Positions 29,913 to 42,750 of a DNA stretch of 64,000 nt are shown here, one piece after another. The position numbers and the translations under genes were made by a program. The stretch comes from the human T2T-CHM13v2.0 reference genome, Homo sapiens. Location: assembly GCF_009914755.1 (NCBI RefSeq), contig NC_060936.1; one strand, given 5' to 3'. The notes under the pieces are model-generated. The model did not search any database. It was not told the origin of the DNA and saw nothing but the letters and a program-made list of their open reading frames with translations. Numbering within the stretch: the stretch's first letter is position 1; the number at the start of each line of letters is the position of its first letter.

Positions 29913-30369
29913 CATATTTAAAGTTTTATTGCCAGCATTCATCATATTAAATCGCAGTGCTTCAAGTGGGGCTACAGCAGTTACAATACCTATAAGTTAC
30001 TTAAAGTATTTCTACAGAAACATAATTGTACAAATATATGTGTTTGTTTAAACCATATTCTAGAAAAAGCGAGGTGCTAATCACAAATTCTAATCCAGAG
30101 GTAACCAGCTAGCATTTAATCCAAAGACCACAAAGATAAATGTTTCTGATAGCTACTATCTATACCTTGACCATATTTATCTCAATCAACACTGGTGTCT
30201 TTCATAATAACAGAATGAACATTGGAAATTAGTTTTTATTGGCCAAATATGTAGTTCATCAACTAAAACATTGGAAATGTGATATGGGTTACCATTAGTG
30301 ATATGATTTATTTTTAAATAAAGTTGTGATGTGCAGTAAAAATATAATAAACACCATATTATTTAACAG

Positions 30370-30790
30370 TTTTGGTGGCATCATTAATAAAAGTTTAAAA
30401 AGTAAAATTAATGTTATTAATATATGTTATTTAAACCAATAAACTCAAAATATTAGCATTTAAATTTTGAATCACTTTTAAAAATATTAATGAATTTTTT
30501 ATAGTTATTTTCATATTTAGACATTCAATGTGTATTGGAATACACATTGAAATATAGCACATCTCAATTTGGAAGCTATCCTTAAATTAGAAAAATAGTC
30601 TGTATTTAGATTTCATGTAAGTTATAGCTGCAAAAGTAAATTCACATGCTCAAATATTACTAAGCATAACTGTTAGCCAAAAATTAAGTAGGGTATAAAA
30701 ACATTTTTCTTTACTATTTTTATATAATCTGGTTAATTTTTTACAATAATTGATTTGATTTTGAAGCTCAGTGTAATTTATTAAAGAATC
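30370..30790. mobile_element. Charlie5/MER33-like hAT fragment
   Basis: 'agcacatctcaattt', 'tctgtatttagatttcat..aaaagtaaattcacat'. Confidence 0.55.
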
Positions 30791-30869
30791 CAAAATGCCC
30801 CCATCACTTGAGATAATATTTATTAAATTTTCATAACCATATGATTCTATTTTTTGATTTCTTATTCAA

Positions 30870-31370
30870 ACATAAACTTTGGTCTATTTCTCTACCAGAT
30901 GTCAATATCATAAAGCTTTGACTATAGAGATTTTATAATGTTTTAAATATTTGATGCGATTAGCCTCCCACATTGCTCTTTTCCCCAAAATTTTGACAAT
31001 CTTTTCTTATTAATTTATTTTCATGCCAACTTCATATAATATAGTTCCAAGAGATAAATACATAGCATTTTTATTGGAATTGCACCACATTTATAAATTT
31101 AGTAAGGGCAAAATGACATCTAAAGAATTGAGTTCTCTGCCAGGTGCCGTGTTGTACTCCTGTATTTGTACCTATTAGGGAAGCTGAGGGGAAGGATTGC
31201 TTAAGCCCAACATTTGAGGCTTTGAGCTATAGTTGTGCCTCTGTACTCCAGCATGGGAAACAGAGCAAGACCGCTTCTCAACATCAAATGAAAAAAAAAA
31301 GAATTGTTCTCTTGTCAAAAACATATTATGTCTTCCCAATTATTTAAGTCAACTTTGTGTCTTTTATTAG
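30870..31370 (-). mobile_element. Old L1ME fragment (split by an Alu monomer)
   Basis: 'tttttattggaattgcacc..tttataaatttag..aatgacatct'. Confidence 0.55.
31138..31300 (+). mobile_element. Alu monomer (FRAM-like)
   Basis: Single right-arm-like unit with A tail; TSD aaagaattgagttctct / aaagaattgttctct. Confidence 0.8.
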
Positions 31371-31845
31371 AATAATTGCAATCATCATCTATGTAAAACA
31401 TCAAAATGACAAAAATACTCCTGGAGCTGGTAAGTGATTATAGCAACATTACAACAAAATTACAGAATACAAAGTAAATGTATAAAGTAAGTCACTTTCC
31501 CTTATACTAGCAATGAACAAGTAGAATCTGAAATTGAAAACACAATATCATTTAAATAGCGCACACAAAAATGAAATAGTTATAAATCTAACCAATTTTT
31601 CATAAGACCTATATGAGGAACCCTACAAAATACTGATAAAAGAAATCAAGGAATAATTAAATAAACAAAGAGATATTCCATGTCATGTCCATGGAATAGA
31701 AGACTCAATATTATTAAATGTCTGTTATTCCCAACTTTATCTACAGATTTAATGAAGTTCCAATCAAAATCCCAGGAAGTTATTTTGTGGATATCACCAA
31801 ATAAATTCTAAAGTTTATACAAAAAGGCAAAAGTCCTAAAGTAGG

Positions 31846-32289
31846 TGTGATGATTAATACTGAGTGTCAACTTGATTGGATTGAAAGATACAAAGTATTG
31901 ATCCTGGGTGCATCTGTGAGGGTGTTGCCAAAGGAGATTAACATTTGAGTCGGTGAGCTGGGGAAGGTAGACCCACCCTTAGTCTGGGTGGGAACCATCT
32001 AATTAGCTGACAGTGAATATAAAGCGGGCAGAAAAACATGAAAAGGCTAGATGGCTTAGCTTCCCAACCTACGTCATTCTCCCATCCTGGATGCTTCCTG
32101 CTCTAAAACATCGTACTCCAAGTTCTTCAGCTTTGGGACTCGAACTGGCTTCTTTGCTCCTCAGCTTGCAGATTGCCAATTGTGGGGCCTTGTGATTCTC
32201 TGAGTTTAATACTCCTTAATAAATTCATATATATATGTTTATTAATAAACTCATATAGAGTTTAAGTTTATATATATTTATTATTTATA
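31846..32289 (+). mobile_element. Solo LTR MLT2A1 (HERV-L)
   Basis: 'tgtgatgattaatactgagtgtcaacttgattggattga', 'gttgccaaaggagattaacatttgagtc'; 5-bp TSD gtagg (31841-31845 / 32290-32294). Confidence 0.9.
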
Positions 32290-32377
32290 GTAGGTAATAC
32301 AAATTTGAAGGAGAGAACAAAATTGGAAGACTGACACTACTTGACTTCAAGACTTACAATAAAAGTACAGTAATTAA

Positions 32378-32988
<611 letters not shown>

Positions 32989-33258
32989 TTAAACTTGGAT
33001 CTAGTGATGAATTTTTAGATACACCACCAAAGACATCCATGAATGGAATAATTGATAAGCTGGACATTATTAAAATAGAAAATGTCTGCTTTGCAAAACA
33101 CAGTGAAGAAAATTAAAAAAAAGCCATATACTCAAAGAAAATATTCACAAAATACCTATTAGGAAGGACTGTTATGAAGGACTGCTACCTGAAATATGCA
33201 AAGAACTATTAAAACTTAGCAATAAGGAAACAAATAACCCAATTAAAAAATGGGCCGA

Positions 33259-33620
33259 CTCAAGTGTATGGTGTGCACATATTTTCTCCAATACTGTAGG
33301 ATTTAGTTTCACTCTATTGATTGCTTCCTTTGCTCTGCAAAAGCTTTTTTAAATTTGATACAATCACATTTGTCTATCTTTGCTTTTATTGCCTGTGCTT
33401 TTGCGGTCATATCCAAAAAATAATTGTCCAGACCAATGTCAAGAAGCTTTATCTCTGTGTTCTAATAGTTTTGCAGTTTCAGGCCTTACATTTAAAGCTT
33501 TAAGTACTTTGACTTGATTTTTTGCATATGATATGACATAAGGGTCCAATTTCTTCTGTATGTGGATATCCAGTTTTCCCAATACCACTTATTGAAGAAG
33601 CCATTATTTCCCCACTGTGG
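33259..33620 (-). mobile_element. Inverted 5' segment of an L1MA insertion
   Basis: Antisense ORF2: 'ttgattgcttcctttgctctgcaaaagc', 'gtggatatccagttttcccaataccacttattgaaga'. Confidence 0.85.
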
Positions 33621-33639
33621 GGAAATTTTATATATGTAT

Positions 33640-33679
33640 TGTGTGTGTGTGTGCGCGCGCGCGTGTGTGTGTGTGTGTG
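33640..33679. repeat. (TG)n(CG)n(TG)n alternating purine-pyrimidine tract
   Basis: Read directly. Confidence 0.95.
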
Positions 33680-34363
33680 AAATCATTACCTTGAAGAGAT
33701 GTCTGTAATCTCATGCATATTACAGCATTATTCCCAATAGCCCAAAAATGGAAACAACCTAATTGTCCACCAATGGATGAATGAATAAAGAAAGTGTAAC
33801 ACTCACACCTACCTACCCCCCACAAACACCCACCACCATACACAAGAATATTATTCAGCCTTAAAAAAGAAGGAAATCTTGCCATTTGAGACAACCTGAA
33901 TGAACCTGAAGGGCAATATACTAAATGAAATAAGCCATACACAGAAAGGCAAATGTTACATGAACTCACCCACCTACGTATGAATCAAACTCATAGAAGC
34001 AAGCAGAGAGTAGAATGCTGGTGAGTCTAACTCATAGAAGCAAGCAGAAAGTAGAATGCTGGTGAATAGGAGTTGAGGGGTGAGGAAAATGGGAAGATGT
34101 CCTGGAGATCTAATGTACAGTATGGTGACTACATTTAGTCATTCTGTATTGTATAGTAGTAATTTGCAAAGAGAGTAGATCTTAAGTGTTCTTGTCACAC
34201 ACAAACAACAACAAAAAAGAGATAACTAAGTGAGCTGATGGATATAATAACTAGCTTGATTGGAGTAATCATTTCCCAATATACACATACATTAAAACAT
34301 TATGTTTTACACATTAAGTTTATAAAATTTTGTCAATTACATGTGAATAAAACTAAAAAAAAA
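33680..34363 (+). mobile_element. L1MA9-like 3' end
   Basis: 'ctggagatctaatgtacagtatggtgacta', 'agagtagatcttaagtgttct'; AATAAA plus A tail. Confidence 0.85.
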
Positions 34364-35319
34364 CAAACCAAAGACCTCAACAGACATATCACCAAAAAAG
34401 ATATACAGATGGCAAATAAGCATATGCAAAGATGCTCCGCATCATATATTGTTAGGATAATGGAAAGTAAAACAATAAGATACCACTGCATACTTAGAAT
34501 GGCCCAAATCTAGAACACTGAGCACCAAGTACTGGCGAAGATGTGGAGCAACAGGAACTCTCATGGCTGGTGAGAATGCCAATGATACTGTTACCTTGTG
34601 ACATTTTGTAACCATTATAGAAGAGAATGAATGGATTCTTAGAAACCTAAACATACTCTTACCATATAATCCAGCAATCACATACTTTGGTATTTACCCA
34701 AAGAAGTTGAAAACAGGTCCGCACAAAAACCTACAGATGTATGTTTATAGCAGTTTTATTCATAATTGCAAAAACTTTGAAGCAACCTAGATGAACTTCA
34801 GTAGGTTAATAGACTGGGACATTCAAATGATGGAATATTATATTAAGTGCTAAATGAAATGAGCTATAAAGCCATTAAAAGATATTAGGGAAACTCTAAC
34901 GTATGTTACTAAATGAAATAAGTAAGTCTGAAAACGTTACATACTATGTGATTCCACTATATGACATTTTGGAAAAGGCAAAACTTAGAAGACAGTAAAA
35001 TGATTAGTTTTTGCCAGAAGTTAGTGGGGAGGGAGAGATGAATAGATAAAGTGCATAGGACTTTTAGGGCATTGAAAATACTCTAAATGATATTATAATG
35101 TTAGATATGTGTCATTATACATTTATGCAAACCTACAGAATGAAGAGCACCAAATGTAGCTTCATCAGTTATAACAAAGGTATCACTCTGGTGAGAACTG
35201 CTGATAAAGTTGGAGGGTATGCATGTGTGGGTGCAGGAGGTAATATAGGATATCTGTGCACTTCTCAATTTTATTGTCAACCTAAACCTAACAAAAACAA
35301 AGTCTTAAACACATATGCA

Positions 35320-35323
<4 letters not shown>

Positions 35324-35365
<42 letters not shown>
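35324..35365. repeat. (CA)n microsatellite
   Basis: Read directly. Confidence 0.95.
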
Positions 35366-35366
<1 letters not shown>

Positions 35367-36598
35367 CCTGGTATCTTACGAAACTTAAAACACAGGTTGT
35401 GTGAACTCTGTGGGTGCTTCCTAGTGCTTATTTAATATCTAAGGGGCAGATTTTTGTCTTGGATTTGTTTCCTAATATCCTTGTATGCAAGCTGTGTAGA
35501 AATACCGTTTGCCCACATCTATTCATTGGCAACTAATAAAATGAACTTATTCTTTTAAAACCAAATTGGATTAGGTCGTTTCAGCAAAATATGTAACATA
35601 AATTGCTCTTACCCTTCTGTCACTCGGGAATAAATGTTTTCTTTCTACATGAGAATAAAGTAGCAACTTTTGCAGAGCTTTAAGGTGTTAACAACAGATA
35701 CAGGCAATCACTTTAATGTACTAATAGATTCCATCAAGGAAGAGTGTGTCTCAAGCTGGGAAGCTACTGCCCAAAGTTGCTGTATCCTTTAAAAATATAA
35801 TAATTTTAGAAATAGAATGATTATTATATTATAATGAAACTTACTTGGTTTAGTTATGGACAATGTAAATTTTAAATCAGTGTACTTTAAAATACATTTT
35901 TTAGTATTAATGAATTCTGTTTAAATGGACTCTAGAAAAACTGAAAATGAGAGCAATCATTACAAAGGTTTTATTTTGTTTTTGATTGTTGCTGCAGGAA
36001 ATATGGCATTTTATAAAATAAGATTTCCCAGTATTGTTCAGGACAATGTTTTTTAAAAAATACACTTTACTGTTGATGTCAGCACCAACACTTTGGATTA
36101 TAATTTACTATTATTAATACATCTTCATGAGTTTTTTTAAGTGTACATTTATGTTCAGCTTCTAATACATAGCGTATAAAGATTTGAAAATTTAACAGTA
36201 GGTGGTTCTTAAACTAATAATCCATCATTCTAGACTGAAATGTCTTTTTCTTTTTTTTTAATCTTCTTACTTTTTCTTACTATAAGCAATACATTTCCTA
36301 TAGCAGAGATTTTGTTGTCTTTTACCCATTCACTGAGTTTGAAGGGATTCTTCTAGTTTATCCCTGCAAATGATGCAGTTTATCCTTTTCAATTCAATTC
36401 AAGAAAGTGTGTGTCTCTTTGGAAGCTCTGGATATTGAATACTTTCAATCTAAAAATAATTTCGCCTTACCTTTACAGAACTTTAAAGCTTATTTAGATA
36501 GGTTGTTATAAAACAGACATGAAGAGCCCCGAAAATGATTTCACATCGTCTTCACTTTTAGGTAGGGTTTGAATCAGGACACTATATTTGACCTAAAA

Positions 36599-36814
36599 CA
36601 GGGGTGTCCAATCTTTCGACTTCCCAGGGTCACATTGGAAGAATTGTCTTGGGCCACACATAAAATACACTAACACTAATGATAACTAATGAGCTGGGAA
36701 AAGTCACAAAAAAATTGCATAATGTTTTAAGAAAGTTTAAGAATTTCTGCTGGGCTGTATTCAAAGCTGCCCTGGGCTGCGTGAGCCCCATGGACCATAA
36801 GTTGGACAAGCTTG
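36599..36814 (+). mobile_element. MER30 (hAT-Charlie MITE)
   Basis: Ends caggggtgtccaat...gttggacaagcttg; 'attgtcttgggccacacataaaatacactaacact'. Confidence 0.9.
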
Positions 36815-36829
36815 ATGTAGAGGGTCTTT

Positions 36830-37102
36830 TAGGTACTGCAGAGCAGTCTCAGTCCCAACTACTCAACTCTGTCATTGCACTATGAAAGTTGTCATAGAAA
36901 AAACATGTAAAGGATGAATGTGACTATACAAACAAACCTTGATTTATGGACACTGAAACTTGAAATGCATATTTTCATGTGCCACAAAATATTATTCTTT
37001 AAAGTTTTTTTCAACCATTCAAATATTAAAGCATTCTTAGTTTGTAGGATGTACAAAAACAGGCTGTAGGCAGGATTTGGTCCAAAGGCCACAGTTTGCT
37101 AA
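36830..37102 (+). mobile_element. MER58B
   Basis: 'caactactcaactctg', 'atttatggacactgaaa', 'ggatttgg..ggccacagtttgct'. Confidence 0.8.
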
Positions 37103-37374
37103 TTAAGGAATTACTTTATTAAGTTGACATTACTATTTCACTGTTTATTAGCATAACATTTCTGTTCCAGGGGACACTCACTCAGGAATAGAAAAGTGGA
37201 AAATAATTTTATTTTCATTCCTGAAGCTTCTGGAATGAACTAGAGCTTATCAACTCTTTAATAAACATGTCAGCTCTTCTGATGGTTGCTACCTTCAAAT
37301 TCTAATAGTCTTTTCACTCCTAGCCACAAATTCCTCTTTGGTGCTATGAGGGTTTTTTAAAAAGTCCATGTTTT

Positions 37375-37980
37375 CAAAAGGAAAAGTGACCTTTTGTCCT
37401 CTCCCTTTTTTTTTAAAGAGTTCCTTAAGAAAATGTATAATTCTAAATCATTTATTTATCTCTTTTATATATGTACATGTTTTTAAAGGCTAAATAAGGT
37501 CTTGCCAACATTACAACTCAGTAATGTTTTCCTTAAGGGTCTGGGAGCCATGTTCTTTGAAATGTAAACATCAAGGAAGATAGGACCCATTTCTGTCACC
37601 ATGACGAGTTTAGCTTACAGTTCTTGCTTCAAGCTTTTCATAAAAATAAAAATTTTGTTTTCCTTTAAATGAAGGAAATTATCTAACACAAATGGCGATC
37701 CTGTTTATCAGGTAAAGTTAGGGTGAACTATGAAAGAATATGTGGCAAATGGTGCTATATCTTGAAAACATGTATGCAGTGAATTATATCTGTGTGGTTA
37801 CATAAATGGTTGAGATTTCATTTTCCTTTGCAACCTCATTAGCATGTTGCCTGTGATGTACATCACAGCATGGCTTAATGTTGATTCTCTAATTAATATT
37901 GCTTTCTTTCTTTTCTTCATTTGTGGAGAGAATTATCTGAGTTAGCCAAAAATGTTTTATTTTTATATTTTCCCCAAGAT
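37375..37980 (+). mobile_element. LTR, MER34/MER39 family (ERV1)
   Basis: 'ctgggagccat..ctttgaaatgtaaacatcaagg', 'tcttgaaaacatgtatg', end 'tattttcccca'. 5' edge approximate. Confidence 0.7.
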
Positions 37981-38244
37981 TGTATCCACCAATCCTAGAT
38001 GATCATATTATGATTCTTACCTGATCATAATCCAACAACTCCTCAGTTCCCATTAAAAGACCATTATTAAATCATATCTCAAGTTCTCAGTAACTGTCAC
38101 TGGTCTTGTCATTCCTCCTCAGAGATACTGTCATATCAGACTGTCTTGATAGCATTCTCCATTATCAGGGCAAGCAAAAAATTCAGATTCATGTAATCAA
38201 TAGGTAGCTATAGGGATATTTATGGAGCTTCATTTTGACCTTAA

Positions 38245-39490
38245 TTCTCTTTTTTTAACAGTTTTATTGAGATATAACATAGTACAAAATTTACTATTTA
38301 AATTTTACAATTTAATTTATTTTTGGTATATTCATAGACTTTTATATGCCCCCACCATATGTTGTGATTCACTCAGGATGGTGGCAGAAATATTTAAGGG
38401 AAATATTAGGGAAAGTTATAGGGAATAGTCACAAACCTTTTGGAAGACCGAAAGGTTACATAGCTTGTAATAACTGAACAGGCTGAAGGCAGCCAACTCT
38501 TATCTTAATGCATTAGGTCATAGGGTAAATACTAGGGACAAGATAGGCTTCCATAGTAAGTCTGTTTATCCTGCCTCCATTAATTAACCTTTGAGCTGGG
38601 TGGCCCTCTCCCGGGGAGGTCAACCAGGGAAATTACCCTCTAATGGTATTCACTTTAGACCTCGTACCTGAGCTTTAATCATTGGTAGAACTACTCTCTT
38701 AACCACGTTAATTATCCCCACACACACTGTCACTAGACAGTGTGTTTACTCAAAGCTCCTGTTGTTAATTGTTTACTAAATAAATGCCTGGAGTGCGAGC
38801 TATTCAGGGCTGGCCGCAGTGACAAACCTCTCTTGGTGTGCAGGCGGTCGGACACTCAGCTGGACTGGCAAAAGAGAATATCTGTATGTCAATGTACGTT
38901 TTATTCATCCGTCGTTTGGGTCAGGGTCTGCGTGCAGACCCCTGCAGCTAATGCCCACTTGTGAGGAGGGCTACCTCAACCATATAAGTTTAAGTTTTCA
39001 TCACATTAACAAGAAATTCTACTTCCATTAGCAGTGACTGTCTATTAATTTCTCCAAACCTAGCAACGCGTAGGCAACCATGAATCTACTTTTAGAATCC
39101 ATAGATTTTTATTCTGAACATTTCACATTAATGTATTAATGCAATATGTAGCTTTTGGTGACTGTCTTCCTTCAATTAGCATACATTTTTATAATTCATC
39201 TCTCATAATGTGAATCAGTATTTTATTCTTTTTATTGCAGAATAATATTCCATTGAATAGATATGCTATATTTTGTTCATTTATTCATCAGTAGATGGAC
39301 ATTTGCATTATTCTACTTTTGGACTATGATCAATAATCCTTATATAAATATTCAAATATGAGTTATGGTGTTAATATGTTTAAAAATAACATGAGTAAAA
39401 CCTAGGAGTGTAATTACTAGGTCATACACTAACCATACATGTAACTTTTTGGTGAACTGTGAAACAGCTTTCCATAGCAACTACACTCCA
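38245..39490 (-). mobile_element. L1MB 3' end, split by LTR22
   Basis: 'ttttattgagatataa', 'ggcaaccatgaatctacttt', 'aataatattccattg', 'cctaggagtgtaattactaggtcata'. Confidence 0.8.
38360..38978 (+). mobile_element. Solo LTR22-family LTR (HERV-K HML-5)
   Basis: TG...CA ends; 'ttcactcaggatggtggcagaaatatt', 'ggtcagggtctgcg'; perfect 6-bp TSD accata (38354-38359 / 38979-38984). Confidence 0.88.
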
Positions 39491-40105
39491 ACTATGTATT
39501 AAAAAACAGAGATATTATTTAAATTTATTGATAATTTGTGCAATCAAGGAAATACTTATATTTTAAGGAAATAAAATAAGAACAACAGAAATTACCAGTC
39601 AAAATACTTAAAAGGAGGCCTAGCAATCAAATCAGATTTGTTGGTTTAATCTTAATCTTTAAAACTGTCTAGATTATTTGTTGGTTTAACATAAAATAAT
39701 TTGTATTGATTTCTATCGCCCTTAATATTTTTAAATGGAAAACTCTAAATAGTAGCCTATGAGCTATTTTGTGGTATCAAAATTTTACTTTTAATAAAAT
39801 ATCTCTTCGTGTTATTTTCAAGTCAAAAGTCCATTAGAATCATCCAAAATCGACGGGTTCAATACTTTTAGTTGTATCCATTTTCTCAGTTTTTTCTCCT
39901 GTACGTCATATTATCAGATTTACCCTCAATAGGCTATTATCTTTGGGACTTATTAAAATATAATTAATTTTATGGTCAGCTTGTTTTGTAGTTCCTTAGT
40001 GAAAAAGACTATCATATCAGACTCATATTTAGTTTGATATTTCAGTATCTAAATTATTTCCTCACATCTCTTTAGAACAGTAACTTTAATAATTAGCAAA
40101 AGTGA

Positions 40106-40562
40106 CGTACCACAGGGAGCAAGTCTATGCAACCTACCTCCCGAAGGCTGAGGGGCCAAAGAAGGAGGTTAATATACTCAGTGTCTCAGAAAACATACAA
40201 ACAGACAAACAAACAGAAAAAAAACATGTAATAGGGACTCACAAACAGGAGCCATAGTCTATAGACTTCAATGGTCACTAGAGAGATGGTGGGTCCCTGT
40301 GCCACTTCCCACCAGACGCAGGGCTTATACGCCATAGGAAAGGGATGTGTGGGACAACTTAAGTCGACCCTTCAAGGAAAGGTAAGAATGCTATGTGCAT
40401 CTGCCTAGGGGAAGGGGATTTGGTCAAGGTTGTTTTATCTTGAGGACGAGATTTATGATAACAGTATATAAATAGAACGTGTATAAGCATTCTGGAACAG
40501 GGGTTAGTGAGAAGTTAACATGGTGGATTCACATCCAAGATGGAGTTGCTTTATCCTCTGCA
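40106..40562 (-). mobile_element. Solo LTR, LTR47 family (ERVL)
   Basis: End 'catccaagatggagttgcttta.cctc'; TSD agtga/aatga. Confidence 0.72.
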
Positions 40563-42354
40563 AATGACTTTCAGAGAAATGCACATAATTCTCATAAAAA
40601 TTGGAGGATGGAGGAGACAAAATAACTCTGTTAGGTCAGCCTTAGCATTGCAATATTGACTGAACATCTCTAATTAGAAAATATTCTGTTCAGCAATAGA
40701 AAATTATGCCATTTTTTACATTTCAGAAAAAATCATAATTTTGAAATGCATTTTATTATGGGTCACATTTGTAATGTTATGTTTAAAAATATCAAAGATT
40801 ACAATTCTTTCTAAAAATGTACTAGAAAGAGACTAATGAATTCCAGTACTACTTATTTAAATCAAACTACCTTCTTCGACACAGAGCCTAAAGTCAAAAT
40901 TCTGTCAATGTGCATTTATCTATAATGAAAATTACCTTGTTTCTCTGGGTTTTACTCTACATTGGTAACTATTGGAGCATGTGGGCTTAGGTACTATTTA
41001 AGAAACAAGTAGCTTTTAATTCACAAACCATTTTTCATAAATAGATGATCAAAGTTTTGCCTAAAGGCAATGCACTCCAGACTCCTAATTTGAGTATTTA
41101 AGAGGCTGAGGGATAGAGAGTGGATGTGACATGACATGGTTCTACTGTGTTTTATAATAGAATGGCTTCTAGAAAGCAGGCTTCCTCATTTTCAGTCTAC
41201 TGTTTCTTTTCTTTGCACTATTTTGCTCACATTGCAAACTGCTTTGTAGATATACTTAGAAATATAGCTAGAAATATTTTCTTGATATTTCATGCCCAGC
41301 TCAGTGTTTCAAAATTCTAACACCCTGCATTTTGAACCACATGAGCATATATTTTGCATTCATATTATTATAAGGCTCTTCTGTGCTTGCAAGTCTATGG
41401 CTATTGTTTAGCTCCATTATATTATGTTCAAACCATATATTAGGATTTGTTTTGCCTGGACAAGTTTAATTGTCTATTAAGAAAACCTGAATTCAATGAA
41501 TAATTGTATAACTTTCTGTTGCCTTTCTTTGTCTTGAAATGATTTTTAACATGTTCTCATTTCTATTTAGACAAATACAAGATATTGGTATCTGCTTTTC
41601 TCAGATTACTTTATTTGTCATTGTTAATGTAGGATCTTTATTTCTACACAGGATTTCAAATGCAATTTTTGTAGCATTTGTACTGAAGAACTAAAAGGAT
41701 GATTTAGATCATATCCTGAATAATATTTTAATGGACTATAATACAAAACAAAGTGTTAGCTACACTTAAAACTGGTAGAGATAAATTGTAACACCATTTA
41801 AAAATTATATTGGTGGCTAAGATGTATGGCAATGCTTTTTATTTCATATTTCAAACATTTAGGTCATTGCTTAAAAGGTTTAAGTTGATTTTTAATTCAT
41901 TTTCTTGTGCGTATCTTTTATTAAGTTGTATATTTTTACAAATCCCATTTCTTCAGATATGAGCTGATAATAGAGAAGCTATAGGTAAATTTATGTATTT
42001 AGTTTTATTATCTGAAACAAAATATGTAACAAAAATAATTTTTTAAAGAGCTAGAGTCCTATAAAAGTTACATATCAGAAGAACCCAAAGAAGGATTTCC
42101 ACTGATGTTATTTTTAGGCAGTGAGGCCAATGCATATATTTATTAATCTTCTCAAATTTCATTGCATATCTATAATGTAAAGTACTCTATGAGCTGGTAG
42201 AGAGTATACAAAGTTGAATGATCCCTGCCTTAAGGAAACTATATAGTATAAAGAAAAAATATGTGTATAAACAATTTATTTTATTTTGTTTAGGTTTGTT
42301 TTGGAGAATGAATGAGTAGAAAATAAGGAGGAATCTGAAAACCCTCATAACACA

Positions 42355-42750
42355 ATTTAATAGCTAATACTAACTGAGCACTTATTAAGTGTCAGGCTCT
42401 TTGCCTACAGTAATTAGCATATTTCATTTTTATAAAACCATGTGAAGTAGTAGTATTTTAACCCTTGATTTATACTTGGGGAAGTAAAGGCACAAAGGAA
42501 AGGAATCAAATATCTTTGGCCTAATCGCAGAGAGGTGGTTCTGTGTTTGAGATCTGAGTTTTCCAAACTGTCTTTCAGGGCCCTTTACAACCATTACTGT
42601 AATTGAATCTCACAAACCTGGAAAACAGGGATTTTTAAAAATCTTCATTTTTAACAAATAAATAGGATGTCAGAGTATCAGTGATTGAGTAACATCTGTT
42701 AGTTACTATATGCTTACCTAGGTCTTGACTCCAAGTCTTCTGACTACAGA
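42355..42750 (-). mobile_element. MIR fragments (probably two)
   Basis: 'tagctaatactaactgagcacttattaagtgtcagg', 'gggaagtaaaggcaca', 'ccaagtcttctgact'. Confidence 0.55.
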
